Position numbers and translations under genes: made by a program. Under the pieces are notes generated by a model, which saw nothing but the letters and a program-made list of their open reading frames with translations, made no database searches and had not been told where the DNA came from. A DNA stretch of 64,000 nt from Antedon mediterranea (lineage: Eukaryota > Animalia > Echinodermata): NCBI RefSeq assembly GCF_964355755.1, contig NC_092679.1:3006201-3070200 (forward strand), written 5' to 3'. This document shows, piece after piece, positions 27,801-41,459 of this stretch (the stretch's first letter is position 1; every line of letters begins with the position of its first letter).

Positions 27801-28979
27801 AAGTTAACTTTATTAAAACTGCAAAATGACTTATTTAAAGTCAATTTTATTAAACTTCATTTTTCAATGCAATACATCTTTAAAAAATAGTATATATCTT
27901 AATGAGACATTATTTTTATTAATTCTTTTAAAATAAGATCTCATTAACTTATTTACTTACTCTATCATAAAGTTCAACAATGAGGTGATAGGCAGCTTCA
28001 TCAGATCCAAATTGAAGGTCTACAATACGATCCATTCCAAGTTGTTTGATTTGAACAAGACGTCGTGTTTTTAAATGTTTTCTTAATTTCATAGAGAAGC
28101 TTGAGGGCATCATGTTCTTCGGCCATTCAAAAGTTGTTGAATGGATTCGATTTCCAGATTCAAACAACAGCACCTCTTTTTGATCTGGCCTAAAATTAAA
28201 TAAAAGGTTTGTCATTGACATTTGTAGGTTCCTGTAAACTATAATTTGTTTAAATTATTGGTACAGCAAAGCTCTGTCTACACTATCAAACGAGTTTTGA
28301 CAAAAAAGTTTGCCTTAATACAGTATGTTAGTGATATGCCCAAATATGGTATTGGTATGACATCATCATGTCCATATATGGGCATATCACATTTTTTGTC
28401 ACACGAAAGTTTGATAGTGTAGACATGGCTTAAGGAAAATTACTTTGCCAGTCGAATTAAATATGTTTTGTTGTCTACATCATATACATTGAGAACACGC
28501 ATTCCCATCAACCTGAAAAAAAAGTTGGAAAAAGTATTAATATTATTAGTTTAGGCCAGCATGGAGTAAATTTACTCCATCCATGGTAAGGTAGCCTACT
28601 AACCTAGGCCTATGCTAAAATCTCATAATTTGAGATTTAAAAAAAAAATGTGTTACGACTTCTGTCTTGTTAGCTGCTTGGCTAAAAATGTATCTTAGCC
28701 TAGCTAGTACCTAGTACTACCTTATCCCTATTCAATACACTACTACAGGTCAGGCTCAGACCAGGGAGGTATAGTAGGCCTAGCGATAGGCCTGCAGCGA
28801 GGGCGCTAGGCCTCTTTACACCCCTATTAGAGGCTCGGCGGGCCGGGCCTAGCCTAAGCTAAATCGAAATACTTTATTATAACTATAAATGTATAGTCCT
28901 AATTTTTTACAAGCTCATACCTATCCCCAAGTTCAGACAAAACACATCTTAAATCAATAGTCGTAAATCGCGACTTCAT
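12804..28979 (-). CDS. NEMF: Ribosome quality control subunit NEMF (Rqc2/Tae2 orthologue), spliced, about 33 exons
   Basis: Exon 1 at 28921-28979 reads [20 protein letters not shown] motifs ([34 protein letters not shown], 27961-28189). NFACT-R motifs ([36 protein letters not shown], 19874-20041). C-terminal exons include [11 protein letters not shown] (14328-14434) and KVKLTPG. The last exon 12804-12878 reads [19 protein letters not shown] then TGA. Confidence 0.97.
13004..13493. repeat. 18-bp minisatellite (GAGTATAATCCCATGCGT-like), about 27 units, in the last NEMF intron
   Basis: Directly visible tandem array with variant units and no spacers. Confidence 0.95.
16047..16158. repeat. 15-bp tandem repeat (AAATTAAAAGAGTG-like), about 7 units
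   Basis: Directly visible, flanked by a duplicated AATGTTTGAACAGATGG. Confidence 0.85.
18082..18121 (+). ncRNA. Minimal hammerhead ribozyme motif in a Penelope-like pLTR fragment
   Basis: CTC-CTGAGGA-C-GATCAA-AGTATA-TTGATC-GAAA-C-GTC-GAG. Repeat copies at 62283-62410 (+) and 20555-20720 (inverted arrangement, core GAAG). Confidence 0.72.
18702..19368. mobile_element. Helentron-associated (DINE-1/HINE-like) non-autonomous element
   Basis: Subterminal inverted CCTCCGCC / GGCGGAGG, terminal hairpin CCTCCTTGGCGGAGG and an (AAAC)n microsatellite. Second family member at 60192-60612. Confidence 0.7.
24644..25129. mobile_element. Palindromic element, Crypton-like architecture
   Basis: ~75-bp-arm inverted repeat 24966-25127 centred on CTCGGCTTTGCCTCG, plus a second inverted pair at 24644-24665 / 24942-24963. 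Family assignment is inferred. Confidence 0.55.
25861..26187 (-). mobile_element. Deu/Nin-like SINE, second tail type
   Basis: Head TGGCCGAGCGGTTAAAGC..GGGTTCGAGCCC, same core as the 49277 copy, A-rich tail. A 5'-truncated sister copy lies at 23460-23745. Confidence 0.8.
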
Positions 28980-30191
28980 CTTTCATAAATTATAATTAAA
29001 GTAAACAGAATTTAGTACGGCCAGGCCTGTTTGTACGGTGTACGACGTACGTCAGCAGGGTACGTCAGGTACTAGGTTAAGTATGGAGCGCCAATAGTGC
29101 CTCCAGTTCAGACCAGCAATCAATAAAACAAATTCACTCTTATCACAGCAAACATCTCTTCCTGCTCCTGGTCATTTCAGCTGGAGGGTACCAACTTGTC
29201 TGGTCACTGTTCTTTGCTTCGATAAAAATACAATACCTCAAACATGCAATTATATCAAAGAAAAGTCACACATCAAAACACTGTATTTCATTTTATTTGT
29301 ACAACAATTGTTGTAATTTTAATGCTTTTGAGGTACACATTTCTCAAATCCCTTTTGCATATAATATAGAATGATGAATGAGATACCATGCATGTATTTT
29401 TTCTTCTTTAACACCACCCTGTTCCAAGTATTTATATTGCTTATGGTGATGCAATTATTCATTACTTATTCAGATATTTAATTAGTGCATTATGAAAATC
29501 TAACCCAGTTTGTGTTCTCAATCAATTCAAAATGAGATATTGAATTGGGTACTAAAAGTATAGTATTTACAGTATGTGAATAGAAACGCAAATTAATTAA
29601 TCAGGTCAGTAACTATGCATAAGTAAGCAAAAGGGTAAGTGTGTTACGATGTTCAAACCATATCAAAAATAAACCATGCTTACAATATTTTGTAGGTTAT
29701 AATTATATTAACTTTGTTTTGCTGTTCTAGGACTCATCAGTTAATATGACTATATTTGCAATGGAATTGGTGTGGTAGTTATTAAAGCATGTAATAAGGG
29801 CATGATGACACACAAAGTAAGATAAGTTCCGATGCAATGCTCTAATTGAATTTAGAGGAAGTATATGAAATATTCACTGTATACATTTCATATACTTCCT
29901 CTAAATTCAACACAGTGTAATCCTGTCATATTACAATGTCGTTGTTGTTGTTGTGGTTACATTTTTTTTCCAGGTAAATCATTTTTTTTCCAATCCAGTT
30001 TTTGGTCAAAGTGAATAACTATTACGTGAATTGAAAAAAAAATGTTATAGGGGACAATATATCTTTAACTATTTTGTTTTTTTCCAGTAAAACTTCTTTA
30101 AATTATTTGCTGTTAAATCACTCAAGTTTATATAAGATTTGAATTTATATGATGTTGCTGCTTCAATCTTCTCCATGCTCTTTGTTTCTCT

Positions 30192-33100
30192 TCAATATCC
30201 AAATTTATCGTTTAAACTCGTTCTACCATCACCAGTTTGACCTACAATGAAAAAGAAAATAAATTAAAAATGAATGAAAAAAAATTAAATATAATACAAA
30301 AAATGAATTTTATAAAAGAATAATAAATACAATTAAAAAGGTAAAAGCCAGTCAGAACAACACTATCAAACTAGTTTGAAAAAGTGTGATGTGCCCAAAT
30401 ATGGTAGTGATATGCTTGAATATGGTAGTGATATGTCATCATCATAAATCTATATATGGGCATATCACAATGTGCTGTCACATAAAGTTTGATAGTGTAG
30501 ACAGAGCTTAACTGTAGTAGTAGGCTAGGCTAAATACTAAAAAAAAAAATTTTTTTTTAATTTTTGAACTATGAAAAAATGTTTAACCTTACCAGCTGGA
30601 GGTACCCAATCAGATAATTCTTCCTCCACTGCTTCCTCTGATATTCTATCCTGTTTTCTGTTCACTGTTCCCCTCTCTTTTTCATTATCCTTCTCCAAAT
30701 CTTCTTTCATATAACTTGGGGGTAGCATTGGCCCTAGCGTTGGCCCTTTTGGTAATGATACTTGTGAGACACAAGTGCGTTTCCCTTTAGAATGTGGCAT
30801 TGAGGGACCACTCTGCTTCTGAGAAAGTGGTATTTTCGGCACTTCAGGAGTTAATTTTGTCTTTTCCGTGACATTTGTTGATAATCGAGCTTGCAGTTCA
30901 CCATGGTGCGATGTTTCCGAGGAATCGCCTGAAATCTTTTCAAGATTAAATTAAAACATAAATTCAACATATAGAATTCAAATTTGTGTAAACTAAAGCT
31001 TTTTCTACACTATCAAACTTTATGTGACACAAAAATGTGATGTGCCCATATATGGACATGATGATGTCATATCACTGCCATATTTAGGAATATCACTACC
31101 ATATTTGGGCACATCACACTTTTTTTTTGTTAAACTTGTTTGATGGTGTAGACAGAGCTTTAATTCTCTTAAATAAATCCTTAAATGTTGAGGATATAAT
31201 TGTAAATAGTGTTTATTTTCTTTTACTTTATTTGTCTCTTCTTCTCTTGTTTTTTCTTCTTCTTCTTCTTCATCATCCTCTTCTTCCTCCACCTCTTGTT
31301 CCGGTTGAGAAGATACTGTCACAGCTGACACTTTACTGACTAGTGGCTAGCAATAGAAGAAAAACAAAATATAACATGAAGAAACAATGCAATATTGAGT
31401 ACTGTGTGCAACCCTGTCTTGTAGGTACCATTACAAATTACAAAAAACTTTCTTGCACTATATCTATGTAGGTATACAATAGTCAACGCCTACACAATCC
31501 TAACTCAAAAGCAATCCACTTTGGACAGTTATTATGTATCTTAGAATGATCATATCTGCAAAATTTTATCATTTTCAAGCAATAAAACATACAATAGGTA
31601 CACTAAATAAATAACAAGCTTGTTAGCATACTTACTGCAAATCTGAACTTCTTAGCACCATGCATCTTGCCAATCAAAGCCTGTGTCTTAGGTTTAGTAA
31701 CGCTACTAGTACTCTTAGATGATGAAGTACTATGGACAAAAAAAACAACATAGATTTAACAAGTTAACTAATTAATGAAATACAACTATAATCGAATAAA
31801 GCTATGTCTACACTATCAAACTAATTTGACAAAAAAAGTGTGACGTGCCCAACTATAGTAGTGATATGCCCAAGTATTGCGGTGATATGACATCATCATG
31901 TCCATATATGGGCACGTCACATTTTTTTTGTAACATAAAGTTTGATAGTGTAGACAGAGCTTAAAAAAAACCTTTATATTGAACACTTGTCTATACATTA
32001 CAATTGAAAATAGATAAAAATTGATGATGCATATGGCCTTATTGTAGATGTGTAGAGCTGTGGGTGGTCTTATATTAGAGTGCTTTCATATCTATATATT
32101 GGGTATACAGTATTTATGGTTCAGGTCCTGTTGGAAACACTTTCCTGTCATGAGTCCATCCTCTAAAGCTTGGTTCCCACTAGAACGTAACGCAAGGACG
32201 TAAACTCAACGCAAGCGTTTTAACCAATGACAAGTGAAGTTATAGACAGTTAGCAATCCCAAGCGAATAAGCCATCGCTTGTGATTGGTCAATTCACTTG
32301 CGTTGCGTTACGTCTTTGTGTTGCGTCGCTAGAGGGAACCACGCTTTACCAATCTATATAATCTCATTGGTATACTAGGGTCAGTATGGCTTGTCCTAGT
32401 CACACTGACCCTAGTATAACTACATACCAATAAACTGATATAGATTGGCTAGAGGATGGACTCCCGACAGAAAAGTGTTTTATTTTCATACCCCTTTAAT
32501 TCTGGAATTTTGGCTGGTTTTGCAATATCGATAAGTTTTTTTAATTTCATGTGTTCTTTTCGCAGATCAACAAGCCTCAATTTCAGTTTAGCTCTTTGAT
32601 TTCTGTCTTTGAAGCCACTTTTAATTGAGTCCATAAAAGCATCCAATGAATCCTCGGCTTTATTCTCATCTTTATCTTTAAAACAAAATAAAACAACAAC
32701 TATAATTACAGTAATATTTAAAGCTCTGTCCACACTATCAAACTTTATGTGACAAAAAGATGTGATGTTCCCATTATATGGACATGATGATGTCATATCA
32801 CTACCATATTTGGGCATATCACTACCATATTTGGCCACATCACATTTTTTTCATCAAACTAGTTTGATAGTGTGGACAGAGCTTAAGAAGTATCGAGTAT
32901 TGATTTATTACACAGTGATGTATTCGTTCAATTTTATTTGGTCAAACACAAAAAAAAATTGCTTTGCTTGCCACGGATAACAATTTAAAACACACTAAAC
33001 AAAAAAAAGTCATAAAATGGGTAAAATACTGACAGTACAGAACAGTAAACAGGGGGAAGCACTTGGGGCGTGCCCTCCCCTTACCTGAAACTATTAACTA

Positions 33101-36100
33101 CGTTTCTATATCTATTTTTGACAAAATATTAACATCAGCAACACTGAATGTCACTACGTTACTGTCGGTTTCTTACCATTAGCCATTTTTGCCAAGTTAT
33201 CTTCAACTTTCTTCATCTCCTTTTCAAGTTCTTCTAGTTGACCAACCTGAGAACAAATTATCATTTTTTTTATCTCTAGTTATATTTTTACTATTTATTA
33301 CTATTATTAATATATTTGCTTACGTTTTATCTACAGTATATTTGTCAATCTTGAATTTTAAACTCATTTAAAATTAATTTGATTGATTTAGAAGAGAGTG
33401 AATTGTGTATAGCACCCTCTGTTTGTTATTTTAGATTTTGGTTTAGTAAAGAGTTTTCATAATTAGCAGAAAATGAGCTAAAAATAACATTTTAACAATT
33501 GATATGGTTCTTGGGTAACATTTTTTGACTTAAAGTTTAAATTTGTGCATTATAAATTTTTGCATACTTTTTTCATTTTTTTAAAAATTATTTTCATTTC
33601 TTGTTTTTTTAAAGTGGTCTTTTGAACATAAATTTTAAAAAATGACTTTCTACAATATAAATAAATATTAAGCGCTGTCGACACTATCAAACTAGTTTGA
33701 TAAAAAAGGTGTGATGTGCCCAAATATGGTGGTGATATGCCTAAATATGGTAGTGATGACATCATCATATTTGGGCACATCCCATTTTTTTGTCACATGA
33801 AGTTTGATAGTGTAGACAGCTTTACCAATTTATCATAAGTTAATATTTCCTGTTTCTCTGCTCCAGCTTTTCTCATCCTTTTCAATCTCTTCTTCTCTAT
33901 TTCTCCTGTTCGATCCAAGAACGTGTCTTCGTCACTATCATAATAATCATCTGCTGCCCAATTTTTGTCTTTCCTTTTTTTACTTTCTGTGACAAAAAAG
34001 AGACTAAAAATTATAAAGATTCAAATAAAAAACCAAAACATCTGATAAATTCCACAAAATATTGTATTGAATATAATCAATAATTTCATGAATCTGTCTA
34101 CACTATCAAATTTTATGTGACAAAAAAATGTGATGTGCCCATATATGGACATGATCATCAATGACATATCACTACTATATTTGTGAATATCACTACCATA
34201 TTTAGGCATATCACCACCATATTTAGACACATCACACTTTTTTGGTCAAACTAGTTTGATAGTGTAGACACAGCTTTAGGATTGAATGAAACTTCAGGTT
34301 TTGTTGTTAATGGAATCTCAATTTGACTCCCTAAGAAATCATACAATATTGCGTAAACTTTTATATTTGAAAGAATCAAAAAGTTGGTCATTACAGTTTT
34401 CTCATTGTGATTACATACTTGGAAACATTGCAATAGACACTCTAAAGCCTGAGACTGTTAGAACATCATCTTACCGTGTTTAGCCTGCCTTAGCACTCCA
34501 TGTCTGTCGAGGATCTTGCACGCTTCCAGCGCACATGCCAAAACGGCTTCTTTCTTTTTACCAGATACAGCTGCCTCAGCTACTATAGATTTTCCACTAG
34601 GATCATCCAAAGGTAGACTGACAATTTAAACATAAGGAAACATGTTATTTACAATCACCTGCATCCAACACCATGGTGACAATTAAATGGCGAGTTATTT
34701 TTGTATGGGTTCCCATAACAATTAGACTAAGCCATAATAAGGCTTTGGCTGTAGAACTGCTATTTCAACAAAACACTGTTAGGTTAAAACCAATAATAGC
34801 ACTTCATTGATACGAAGTACTACAACTACTTTATCTATAAAAAAAATTGAATTACATGCATGACTGGTTTTGGGTCTTCTCTTGGAAGAGTTGGTATCAT
34901 TTTTGGAGAAAGATTATTAATACTCAAGAACAAAAATGAAGTGTGTTGATGTATACACGGTATATGTATATTATTTCATAATGTAAGAAAACTATCTCAA
35001 ATTTGGGAGGTAGGCATATTACTCAAGGGTAAACATACAGTATACTGTATCAGTACAACACTACTGAACTAGATAGCTTTAGTAATTAATAGCACTTACA
35101 CAACCTTGCAGATATATTGATGACTTCGTCCAATGCCCATTTCTTCCACGTTGTATTCAAGCTCAATATCTAAAAATATACCAATTTGTTTAAAGCTCAG
35201 GTACAGGCATAAATTTTAAATATAATATTTGGTTAATTGTACATAAATCAAATATGTGCAACATATATCATGACAAAAAATATGAATTTCCCTTAAAATG
35301 GCAAAATACAAAATAATCTGCTATAAAAACCAGATAGACTTTTTTCCAGTAGTTAGGTAGTTTAACCTATTGTAATAACATGTCTGGTGACTCCCTAGCA
35401 AATGAAAAAAAGATGGTGGGTATACAGTGAATAATTTTTGTTATTGCACGAAAATAAAAATCTGAAATTGAACAAAAACGGTTATGTTACTGTTACTTAT
35501 ATTACGTTCTCATTTTTAAAAATGCCTCTCTATTTAAAACATATTTGTGTACAAAAGAATTTACTGTGTAATTTAAACTATCAACCCCCCCCCCCACCCC
35601 TGCGCTGTTAAAATTCCCAAAAATATGAAACATATGGGAACTATAGATTGATAATTATTGGAATGTATGATCAGTAGACATTTTTTGCCGGCACCTGGCC
35701 TTTAAAACATATATATCTTGAGGCTGTGTGTCCTTCCATGCATGCAAAGCATTAGATCTTATTGAGTATAGGGAAAATACTTCATGTGGTGGTCAGACAA
35801 GTGATTCTACAAGCCAGTTTTAAAATTAATTGATTGAGGACAAGCCAGTTTTTTAATTTATTGATTGAGGTTGACTCAACAACAAATGTAGGAAGTGACT
35901 TTCAATCATTGCTGGTTTATATAGTACTAATAGAGTAGACTCTACATTGTTGTTTTAAAATCATTGTTGGACTTTCCCCAGAGTCTAAAAAAAAAATTGT
36001 TGTTGTTTTTACGTTTTTATTATTCATGTGTGCCACTAGCAGGATTTAGATTTTTTTTTTATCAACCACAATTATAGGCATGACATGCCATGTGTGCCAA

Positions 36101-37591
36101 AATGTTTTCCGAATATTAAGCCAATTCACAGTCTGGAGCATAGACTAAATTATTTTAAAGAAATCTATGGTTTGGAAAAAAATTGTTGATAGTTATTTAG
36201 AACGTAGTGATGGTATAATTGATGCTTGATGGTTTAATTATAATAAACTGCTTAAAAAAACACAGATACTGTTGTTACTTTCTTAAAACCAATTACCTTC
36301 TCTTTCAAAAAATCCTCTTAGAGCCTTCTTAGGGTCCTTCAAATAAGGAGCTTCTTTATCGTCGTCGGCATCCAATGCGAATGGATTGTGGGATAGATCA
36401 GACTCTGCATCCGCATCGTCAGCTAAAGAAATGATTATTAAAAATGTGTTAACTGTTTTTAAAATAGTGCGCCACCCTTCAAAGAAAGATGGAACTAACG
36501 CTAATCTTGAAATAAAGAATAGAATTATATTTTTTAAATGCTCCTCGTTAACTAGTCAACTAGTTTTTAAGCCATGTTACACTTATCTATATTACGCGCA
36601 ATTAAAGGGAAATGACCCCATATGTATTTCATGATTAATATCGCAGTGTTTTTTAATAAAAAAATTGATTGGTTTACAAGTTTGCTTTATAATGCACTGT
36701 ACAATGTATTTGGGTCTTCCTCCCTATGAATGTACAGTACAGTAGTACTGCAGTAACTGAAGTAAAATCATTTACCCATTCCCCATGATATTCCAGTGTT
36801 GGAATCATCTTCCTTTACATGTTCTTTCGTCTCTTCCTCCATTTCTTTCATCCTAAGCAGTTCTTTTTCTTCCATTTGTCTTTGTTGCATGTCTTTTAAC
36901 TGTTCAATTGAAAGATCATTTCTGGTCCCATCCATCGACGTATTTCCACCCTTGACAAAAAATAAATTGGAAGTACAAATCACTTGTATTGTTACATCTT
37001 TGATAAATAACCATAAAAGATATGATAAAGACTTTAAAATTTTATTTTAATTTTATATACAAGAACAAACTCCCTACTTCATAATTTTCAAAATATTAAT
37101 TATAATTAACATACTGTATATCCCAATATTAATATTTGGAATTTTGGAGGGAAGAGGGTGTGGGAATTAGTTTTTGTAAATAAACTGTTGATAATTTCAT
37201 TGTATCTATACATACTCCTCCCAATACTTCCAAGCAAACATATTATTGTTATTGTGTTTTAGTAGGACTCGTTTAAATATATTTTTATGGCAATTATTTA
37301 TTATAACATTGGTATTTTGTGTTTATGATCTATTTTGTTGATTTAATTGTGTTGATGTACAATTGTACTTGGTGGTTATGATGCTTGGCTACCACTCCAT
37401 GGGTCCTGGGTTCAAGTCTCGTCACATTTTTTCTAAGGACAAAATTACAACTCCACTCCCAAAGACTTGTAATAAGACTTTGTTAATGTAAAGCATCTTG
37501 TGTACTGTTTGTCTTAATGATCAGCAATTGCTGGATGGATCACCCTCATTAAATATGGTCCCAAAAAAAATTAATATTTTATATATAATTA

Positions 37592-37630
<39 letters not shown>

Positions 37631-38495
37631 TCACATGTTATAAATACAAAGCTTTCAGTTTCTGATTTTTGTATCATTTTAAATAATAAATAATTGTGTG
37701 CGAATAATATCCTACTTTCCCTGGTGAATTCATGATTTAATAATAATAATATGTGCTAACCTGCAATATATACAAACGTGTACTTCCTGCGAGTTTAAAC
37801 ATATGCCCAACAAGGACTCTACAAAACACCTTGGGTTCTATCTGCTTCTTATTCAATGTTGTTCCATGAGTGCTATCCAAATCATACAAGTAAAATCCTG
37901 GATCGTGATCATTATCCCCGATTGTTCGATATTGCAGTACGGCGTGATAGCGAGACAGAGAAGGATGGTCCAGTTGAACATGGTTGCTTTCGAGTCTACC
38001 AAATAGATGAAATGCATGATCGTTCAGTCCAATTTTATCACATATCGTACCGCCTTTTAGAACTTCAAGATAATGTTCATCTTGCGGGATACCACTCCAT
38101 GCTGGCTCACGGTATGGAGGTGGCGGTGTGGCTATTATTTCGGCTGGTGACCGTTGACTAGGCCTAGCCTTCTTTTTTAGTTTAATATTATTAATAATAT
38201 TATTATCAACATTTTTTTTATATTCAGGTTGCACTAGAGTTGTTGTAGAATCTGAAACGGATTGATCAGCCAAAATCTTTGGTACCTTTACCTTTTTTGA
38301 TGTTTTTCGTATCGGATTTTTAAATATTGGCATTTTGAAGCTAATATCCCCACTATCACCAACACCAACCCTAGGCCTGCTTGTTCCTGCTCCATCAGAC
38401 AAGGACGACGTAGAATTACTTGATTCACCGGGGATAGGCTTACTCCCAGGCTTACCTTGTTGTTGGTCTAGGCCTAGTAGGCATGCAGGTTGCAT
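30192..38495 (-). CDS. SLC4A1AP: Kanadaptin (FHA-domain protein), spliced, about 12 exons
   Basis: Large first exon 37761-38495 has PPYREPAW and an FHA domain (FGRL, HPSLSRYHA, DLDSTHGT). Later exons include ISWGMG (36776-36949), KDPKKALRGFFEREG (36297-36423), GKKKEA and DSLDAFM (32492-32676). The C-terminus is WVPPAG|QTGDGRTSLNDKFGY* (30593-30935, 30192-30241). The start Met is uncertain. Confidence 0.93.
32167..32346. mobile_element. Second Harbinger-like MITE family (TIR AGCTTGGTTCCCACTAG)
   Basis: Palindromic element. Relatives at ~2621-2760, 25613-25792, 56468-56595 (TAA TSD) and 56660-56749. Confidence 0.8.
37369..37628 (+). mobile_element. Second tRNA-derived SINE family with long poly(A)
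   Basis: TGGTGGTTATGATGCTTGGCTACCA..GGGTTCAAGTC head, ~35-nt A tract. Sister copy at 26743-26900. Confidence 0.75.
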
Positions 38496-39130
38496 TGTTT
38501 TTATCGACTAGGTAGGCCTAGGCCCTACTACAACAAGCAAGGCCTACAATGGGTTTCACTCTAGTTACTACCCTAGCTGGCCCTTAGCCCACAAAACTCC
38601 CTAATATAATTTATATAATAAATGGAATGGAGGCATTAGGTTACGACGTACCGAAGACGAAGACGACGACCGAAAACAATTGTTTCTGTTTGTAATGTCG
38701 CCCTCTATATTCCCATTACACACCCGCCGGTATAAGATTGAAAAATGTGTAGTGTGTCCGGCATTCAAAAAAGTGTCCGTGCGGACACTTTTCAGCATTG
38801 AATAGTGCCCAGTTGCATTTTTCAACGGGTTCGCGAGCGGTTTTCAGCAATTGAATGCTGTCCGGCCCGTTTAATAATGTCTGACCACGTATTGAAATGT
38901 GTCCACCATTGAATATTGTACGGGAAAAATATTAGTAGTCAGGTTTGATCGCGCATGTACTTGTCTTCTTTTTAACGACCTTCGTTAAAGACCACTACAG
39001 TATTATAATTAAGACTATTTTCTGTGCGGCCTGTGCATGTCATAAACGGCAAAGTAGGTCAAAAGCTTTAAATTATAGTTGGCACAAATGATGCTCAACT
39101 AGTTTTCTTCCAATTAACGATTTACTTTAA

Positions 39131-39479
39131 AGATGTATTGTCCCCCTGAAAAATAATTTTTTTAAATTTTTTTTGTTGAATATGCTATTTTAATATGTCA
39201 CATAATAGTTATTGACTTCGACCAAAATTGGATCGAAAACAAATTTATTTACCTGAAAAAACTATAATTTAAAGGAAAAAATGGTCAAATTGGCTGACAG
39301 CCAATGGATTTTTGGTTGAATGTAACCATTTATCATGTTATTTTATAAGTGAAACATTATTTTTTTTTCGTTTTTTTTTTCTACGGAAGTGGTTCACTTT
39401 ATTAAAACTACAACATAATCTATTCAAAGTTTGATTTAATTAATCTTCATTTTTCATGTTTTTGGGGGACAATACATCT
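39131..39479. mobile_element. Kolobok-like MITE family (TTAA|AGATGTATTGTCCCC)
   Basis: Complete TIRs with TTAA TSD. Relatives at 15672-15748, 24201-24417, 27660-27880, ~29970-30065 and 60162-60860. A different TTAA-flanked element lies at 35194-35701. Confidence 0.82.
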
Positions 39480-39984
39480 TTAAGACACCTCCAATTAGCG
39501 ACCATAATATTATTTAGTATGAGTACAGACAAGAAGAATAAATAGTTTTTAATCATTATTGTGACAAAAAAAGGTAACTGTACTGGTACAATTAAAGATC
39601 ACTTTACTTAAAGACACCTCCAATTAGCGACCATTATATTCAAATTGATATGGCTGTTCTGGTCTGTGAATCAACAGGCTTTATTATAATTTGATAGACT
39701 ATTTCTCCTGATATAACAATAATAACAATATTTATGTTTTGCGATTCAAGTTGATATTCTAAGAAATTTTAAACACCCTAAATGGGAGTTGAATGTCCAG
39801 TGGCCTAATTGTTAGGCCTACATAAAGGTGATGTGACAGTCAAGGGACCTATTTTGTTACTTACCGATGAAAACTTCCCGGGCGGGTGGTTGCAACCATT
39901 TTCAACAGCTGGTGTTACACTATTCACAATGTTCAATCTTCTGGCACTCCGAAAAGGATCTTGACACTATATTAGACGTATTAA

Positions 39985-40719
39985 TTGGCGCTACTGCAGT
40001 TTCGCACCACACTGTTATATCTTCGATTTCTTGCTTCATTTTTTTCTCGCACTCACATCATACAATTTTGGGCCATTATGTAACATGTTCCCATGATTTA
40101 GCCACCGTTATATTACCTTTATCACAATAAAAAATGCCTTTCAAAACAGCTCCTTTTTTCGCGAAAACTTCGATTGAACTGTGGCCATTTTAGATTCAGA
40201 AAATTGCCAGAAATCAATGTATGTTTTATTTTCTGCTTTTATTTTTAAACTGCAAAGAGTGGTTTTATAAAGAACCAGCTGTACATATCAAAACGGCGAC
40301 GATATGAGTCCGTACATAAAACATTGATAGGAACCATTAATATAAATAATAATAGTAATACTAATAATTAAATATTAATTTAACCTTTATTTCGCCAGCT
40401 GAAAACATAGGCCTATATGTGTAATCGGATTTTATAACACTGCCCTCTATAGTTTCTACAATTTTTGGGGTAAAATGAAGCATAAATTCTGGCAATTAAG
40501 TGATAAATATAAGATGGCGAACATTTCGCAGTGTGTTGACAGCGAGTTCAGTATTGTTTAAAATGTTTTGAAAAGTATTGTTATTTTTAAAAAATTACTT
40601 CGTAAGTGGTCGAATCGTATAAACATGTTACATAATATTATGTTGTGAGTGTAAAAAACGAAAGTTTAGGTGAGAAATCGAAGATATAACGGTGTGGTGC
40701 GAAACTGCAGTAGCGCCTA
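39985..40719. mobile_element. TTAA-flanked TIR element
   Basis: ~45-bp TIR GGCGCTACTGCAGTTTCGCACCACAC, with TTAA on both sides. Confidence 0.8.
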
Positions 40720-41459
40720 TTAATTAGGGTTTTCATTTCGGTAAAAAGAATCTTTTTAAAAGATCACGTGTGAGTGTCGCATTGTTGATTCCATTCGTTG
40801 TTGTTGTTGTTGTTGGATTGGTCGATAGCACAGCCACGAAAGTTAAAATGAGTTGACGGACTTCTTGACGGATTTTTATTTTATTTTTAGTCACATTATG
40901 TTTTTTTGGTAAAGTTGGGGAGCCAAAAAGGGTTTACGTGCACCCTCTAGCAAACTATGTTAACAATGTTTTTTGCTTCCTTATATTAATACAAATCAAT
41001 TTTTTGCTGTTGGCCGAAAAAAAATTGGGATTCTTGGTCAGTACAGCGGCCAAAAGGTCAATATGGTCAAAGTTAGAACTGTGCGTAACTTGGTAACTAC
41101 TAACGTTTGAATTTGGATTTGCGTGTATTTCATCGATTGTAGTGTAATTCGTGCACCATATAATTATTATTAATTATGTTCTACGTACAACAATGTATAA
41201 CTTGAACAGCATGCCAAATTAATCATCAAAATTAAATTATATACGACTACTCCAGTATACGACTTTACTCTTGCAAAATGATTGTATTCTTCTATTTCTG
41301 TATTTAGGTATTTTAGTGTAACTATCATTTTATTGAATGTAAACATACTACATACTGTATACACTACACCAATCATACGCCTCTTTCCCAACGAACCACA
41401 AATCAATACATTATATGGATCATATCCTATCATACTGCGTCGTGTTCTATGTTCTGTGA

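Noticed and set aside
12111-30192. Operon or trans-spliced polycistron
   Set aside because: Each gene has its own promoter-like upstream motifs, and no spliced-leader evidence is visible in DNA alone.
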